DNA from: Nitrospirota bacterium
GTDB taxonomy: Bacteria; Nitrospirota; UBA9217
Length of the DNA: 27,657 bases
Direction: 5' to 3'
NCBI GenBank assembly: GCA_963749655.1
Contig: CAVVOB010000004.1
Coordinates: 1 to 27,657, forward strand
Shown: one piece after another, positions 26,457 to 27,657 of the stretch
Position numbering within the stretch: the stretch's first letter is position 1
Layout of the letters: the number at the start of each line of letters is the position of its first letter
The notes under the pieces: model-generated
Told to the model about the DNA's origin: nothing
What the model saw: the letters and a program-made list of their open reading frames with translations, nothing else
Database searches by the model: none
Translations under genes and position numbers: made by a program

Positions 26457-26653
26457 CCAAAGTTCCTTTTGAACGGGTGCTTGAGTACGTTACAGATGGT
26501 TCATCATCGTTTCCCGCGAAGGCGCAAAGCGCGAGGACGCCGAAAAGTCATCACGCTCATTAACCATGCACGGTCATAAAAGATTTCCCCGCGACCTTTG
26601 CTCACGTGCGGTCCCCAGCCAAAATATTCTCCGAGTTATTGTACCAAAACTCA

Positions 26654-26950
26654 TCAGGCTGCCTTCTTGAACTTATCCACCGCAGATTTGAAAGCGTCCC
26701 TGAAGTCGTCCCAGGCGTGGTCCATACCGGACGCCAGCGTTTTCCAGGCCTCACCGGACGTGCCCGTGAGCTCCTGGAGTTTTCGCGACACAGCATCCCG
26801 TTTGTCCTGGATGTCGCGGATTCGCTGCTCGTATGCTGTTCTCATGTCAATACCGACCGTGTCGATCCGGGACTCCAATTCATCGATCTTGGCGGACCAT
26901 TCTTTCAGTTGTTTCGTCATTTTATCGATGTATTCTTCCCTGCTCTTCAT
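26654..26950 (-). CDS. Small coiled-coil protein (sll1863-like stress family)
   Basis: AAGGAGG RBS; REEYIDKM..QLKEWSAKIDELE...SGEAWKTLASG...AW..F..A. Confidence 0.85.
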   Translation of the reverse strand: MKSREEYIDKMTKQLKEWSAKIDELESRIDTVGIDMRTAYEQRIRDIQDKRDAVSRKLQELTGTSGEAWKTLASGMDHAWDDFRDAFKSAVDKFKKAA

Positions 26951-26999
26951 GGTTTATTCCTCCTTGCTAATTATGAAACAGCATGCACAATGGCGGCGA

Positions 27000-27657
27000 T
27001 CAAGCAGCTCGCTTTGATCCTGCAGGTTTTAATTTCAACTTCTCCCTGATCTCCTGTGCCGAAGCGCTCGTCGCATACACGACAGATCCCACATCGAATA
27101 GTTTCGACGCACTTAGATTTCCCACGACAACAGGGTCAAGACCCGCCCGCACGACCAGCTCGCTGGCGGCAGTTAAGCCCTCGTGGTCGTCACCAGCAAT
27201 GGGGATCCCGATCTTTTCACCTTTGGTGTTCGTCGTCTTTTTGAGGTCTTCAAAATAGACTGAGTTGAACGCCCGTATTATCCGCGCACCCGGCAGGAGA
27301 CGCGCCACAAAGGAGCCCATGCCGCCCGGTTCCCTTCTTCCTTCCTCCCCGATCTCTCCATCCCTTTCGGGATAAGGATTCGACGTGTCGATCACGATCT
27401 TTCCTTTCAGTGCTTCCTTGGTTGCAGCTTCGAACTCCGGTATGGCCTTCAGGGGAACCGAAAGCACGACCACATCTCCGAATGCGATGGCCTCGGCCAC
27501 GGTCCCGAAGCGCGCCTTGGGACCGGCGGTCCTTACAAGGTCCTTGAGCTTCTCGGGATGGCGTGAACTGTAGAAGACTTCGCATCCTGTCTTGGCGAGC
27601 AGAATTCCGAGCGTTCCTCCGATATGGCCTGATCCGACAATACCTATCTTATTTATC
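27000..27657 (-). CDS. NADP oxidoreductase, F420-dependent family (5' end cut by the window edge)
   Basis: Frame stays open to the window end: INKIGIVGSGHIGG Rossmann motif, SSRHPEKL, KIVIDTSNPYPERDG, RAFN, AGDD. Confidence 0.9.
   Translation of the reverse strand, partial: INKIGIVGSGHIGGTLGILLAKTGCEVFYSSRHPEKLKDLVRTAGPKARFGTVAEAIAFGDVVVLSVPLKAIPEFEAATKEALKGKIVIDTSNPYPERDGEIGEEGRREPGGMGSFVARLLPGARIIRAFNSVYFEDLKKTTNTKGEKIGIPIAGDDHEGLTAASELVVRAGLDPVVVGNLSASKLFDVGSVVYATSASAQEIREKLKLKPAGSKRAA

Overview
GC-rich bacterial chromosomal window. Gene content and style suggest an anaerobic Nitrospirota or Desulfobacterota-type genome (inference). It holds about 30 mostly small, functionally unrelated genes: a stand-alone Lrp/AsnC ligand-binding domain, DUF1810, a sigma-54 activator divergent from a sigma-54-promoted GltA/NfnB-like flavoprotein, YciH/SUI1, UPF0149-like, TraR/DksA, YaeQ, DUF3786, DUF167, a hybrid PAS kinase, rubrerythrin-VIT1, TPR, isochorismatase-family, two-CW, an MCP, DUF1579, a PAS-GAF-HD-GYP protein, DUF1847, an old yellow enzyme and an F420/NADP oxidoreductase. 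I saw no tRNA, rRNA, CRISPR array, integrase or transposase. The main unexplained signal is non-coding. Nearly every spacer of the co-oriented gene run at about 5.9-14.7 kb, and several spacers elsewhere, carries a modular repeat built from 7-nt-periodic blocks: A = ATTGCGG/AATGCGG, B = GGGGCCA/GGAGCAA, C = GCTGAAA/GCTGACA. The blocks have conserved junctions and mostly a fixed order and polarity, which makes the region look like a gene-cassette array without attC sites. Also seen: 8-, 9- and ~11-nt periodic repeat families, a candidate GGAGGCGA-repeat small RNA, two small ORFs missing from the ORF track, and four frameshifted conserved genes that are probably sequencing errors. All family names come from motif recognition; no database search was run.
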